Shown here piece by piece: positions 62,620-64,000 of a stretch of 64,000 nucleotides of DNA. A program made the position numbers and the translations under genes. Source of the stretch: the human T2T-CHM13v2.0 reference genome, Homo sapiens; NCBI RefSeq assembly GCF_009914755.1, contig NC_060930.1, one strand, 5' to 3'. Below the pieces are notes generated by a model that was given only the letters and a program-made list of their open reading frames with translations, was not told the DNA's origin and did no database searches. Each line of letters begins with the position of its first letter. The first letter of the stretch is position 1.

Positions 62620-63183
62620 AAAGACCCCAAAAGTCACAGAAATCTTGAGCATAAAAGAAAAGCTGGAGGCAGCATACTACCTGACTTCAAAATACATTAT
62701 AAAGCTATAGTAATCAAAACAGCATGCTACTGGCATAAAAATAAACCCAGAGACCAATGGAACAAAATAGAGAGCCTGGAAATTAATCCATGAATTATGG
62801 TCAATTGATTTTTGACAAAGGTGCCAAATACATACAACAGGAGAAGAACAGTTATTTTTAAAATAGTGTTGGAACAACTGGATATTCACATGCAAAATAG
62901 TGAAATTAGACTCTGGTCTCACATCATATATAAAAACCAACTCAAAATGGATTAAATAGTTAAAGCAAAACCTGAAACTGTAAAACTACTAGTAGAAAAT
63001 ATGCAGAAAAAGCTCCATGACATTGGTCTGGGAAATGAGTTTTTGGATATCACCCCAAAAGCAGAGACAATAAAAGCAAAAATAGACAAATGAGATCACC
63101 ACCAACTAAAAAGCTTCTGCACAACCAAGAAAACAATCAACAGAGTGAGAAGACAACCTATAGAATGAGTGAAAATATTTGAA
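62620..63183 (+). mobile_element. L1M ORF2 fragment, sense orientation
   Basis: aaagctggaggc...ctacctgacttcaaaata...aaaagcttctgcaca...acaacctatagaatgagtgaaaatatttg. Confidence 0.85.
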
Positions 63184-63402
63184 CGTCACTTGTGAAACAA
63201 AGCTTCTGGGAGATTGAGCTAGCTTTCTGCATTAGACCCTAGCAGATCAGACCAAACCAGAATGAAGTTACTTGTCCAAAATGTTCCATTATCCAACTAA
63301 ACTTTAAAGTGGTCCAATTTTTCTATAAAAGAAGAGATTCTGCTAAACCTGTTTTAGTGTAATAAAGAAGTCCCTTCTCTTTTAACCATGTAAGGAAAAT
63401 AA
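63184..63402 (+). mobile_element. MER67-like ERV1 LTR, 5' part
   Basis: tagaccctagcagatcagaccaaaccagaatg...aactaaactttaaa...taaggaaaataac; homologous to the reverse complement of about 62455-62612. Confidence 0.75.
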
Positions 63403-64000
63403 CATTACCTTGTTTATGCTGGATGTTTTGTATTACTATTAATATTTTTGAGCTTTGTTCCATAATGTTGTTAAGTTTCTTGGAAACAATTTCATTTTTT
63501 AGTCTTGCTTTTAAGATTTGTTATGTAAGGACACAATAATGTTTTGTCTAGAGCAAAATACTTCACTCTGAGGGAATACTCTTCTAATAACTCCACCCAA
63601 TACCTGTGAATTATAGGAATTTCCAAACTGGCTTAGGGGAGCATTCACTAATTCTGACCCTGACTGAGGTACCTCTTCCTTTATTTCTTTCAGATGGTTC
63701 TTCCCTAGACTCAAGAGTTTCCTAGTGTGTATACACCAATCAGTACTTTGCTGAATACTTGAGGAAAACCCTTTTCAGCACTCTGGGGTTCTTTTTCTTT
63801 GCAGCTACAACATCTCTGTTTCTCTTCCCTGAGAACTCTAACTGCCTTTGTCTCCATGGGCTCTGAGCTTCTTCTCTTCAATTATGGACTCTTCCAGCCC
63901 ATGCCCATGTTCCTCTCCTTAGGTCACAGCCTGGAAACTTACTCAAGGCAGTGGTTTGGGGACAATAGTAGGGATTACCTCATTTTTTTTTCTGTCTCTT
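63403..64000 (-). mobile_element. Old L1M (MC/MD-type) 5'/ORF1-proximal relic
   Basis: atatttttgagctttgttc...ttggaaacaattt...ttgcttttaagattt...aatcagtactttgctgaatacttgagg. Confidence 0.6.

Overview
This is AT-rich primate (human/hominoid-like) genomic DNA, mostly transposable-element derived, and it looks like a large intron or intergenic region. I can support no intact protein-coding gene, tRNA, rRNA or CRISPR array; the longer ORFs in the track are L1 or endogenous-retrovirus relics. Main elements: (1) a near full-length decayed L1PA5/6-like LINE-1 (1-6369, +) with an AluY in its 3'UTR; (2) two younger 5'-truncated L1s on the minus strand (L1PA2-like 25394-26781, L1PA3-like 57738-60645); (3) a two-LTR HERV-E provirus (36544-43461, -) with a tRNA-Glu PBS, a large env deletion and mutated catalytic motifs, nested in an older ERVL element; (4) many Alu, L1M, L2, MIR, MaLR/ERVL LTR and DNA-transposon fragments. 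Best second-look items: a candidate 21-nt frame-preserving microexon (24643-24663, +), a 75-nt hairpin fully paired only on the minus strand (54291-54365), template-switch-like inverted repeats (one with its likely ancestral state preserved in the sister LTR), a MER121-like element, a possible CR1 ORF1 esterase relic, A>C/T>G variants shared by three L1 copies, and an old inversion/deletion at 62.2-63.4 kb. I see no solid evidence of a new multi-gene system. Subfamily names come from recalled consensus sequences and need RepeatMasker/Dfam confirmation; boundaries of old repeats are approximate.
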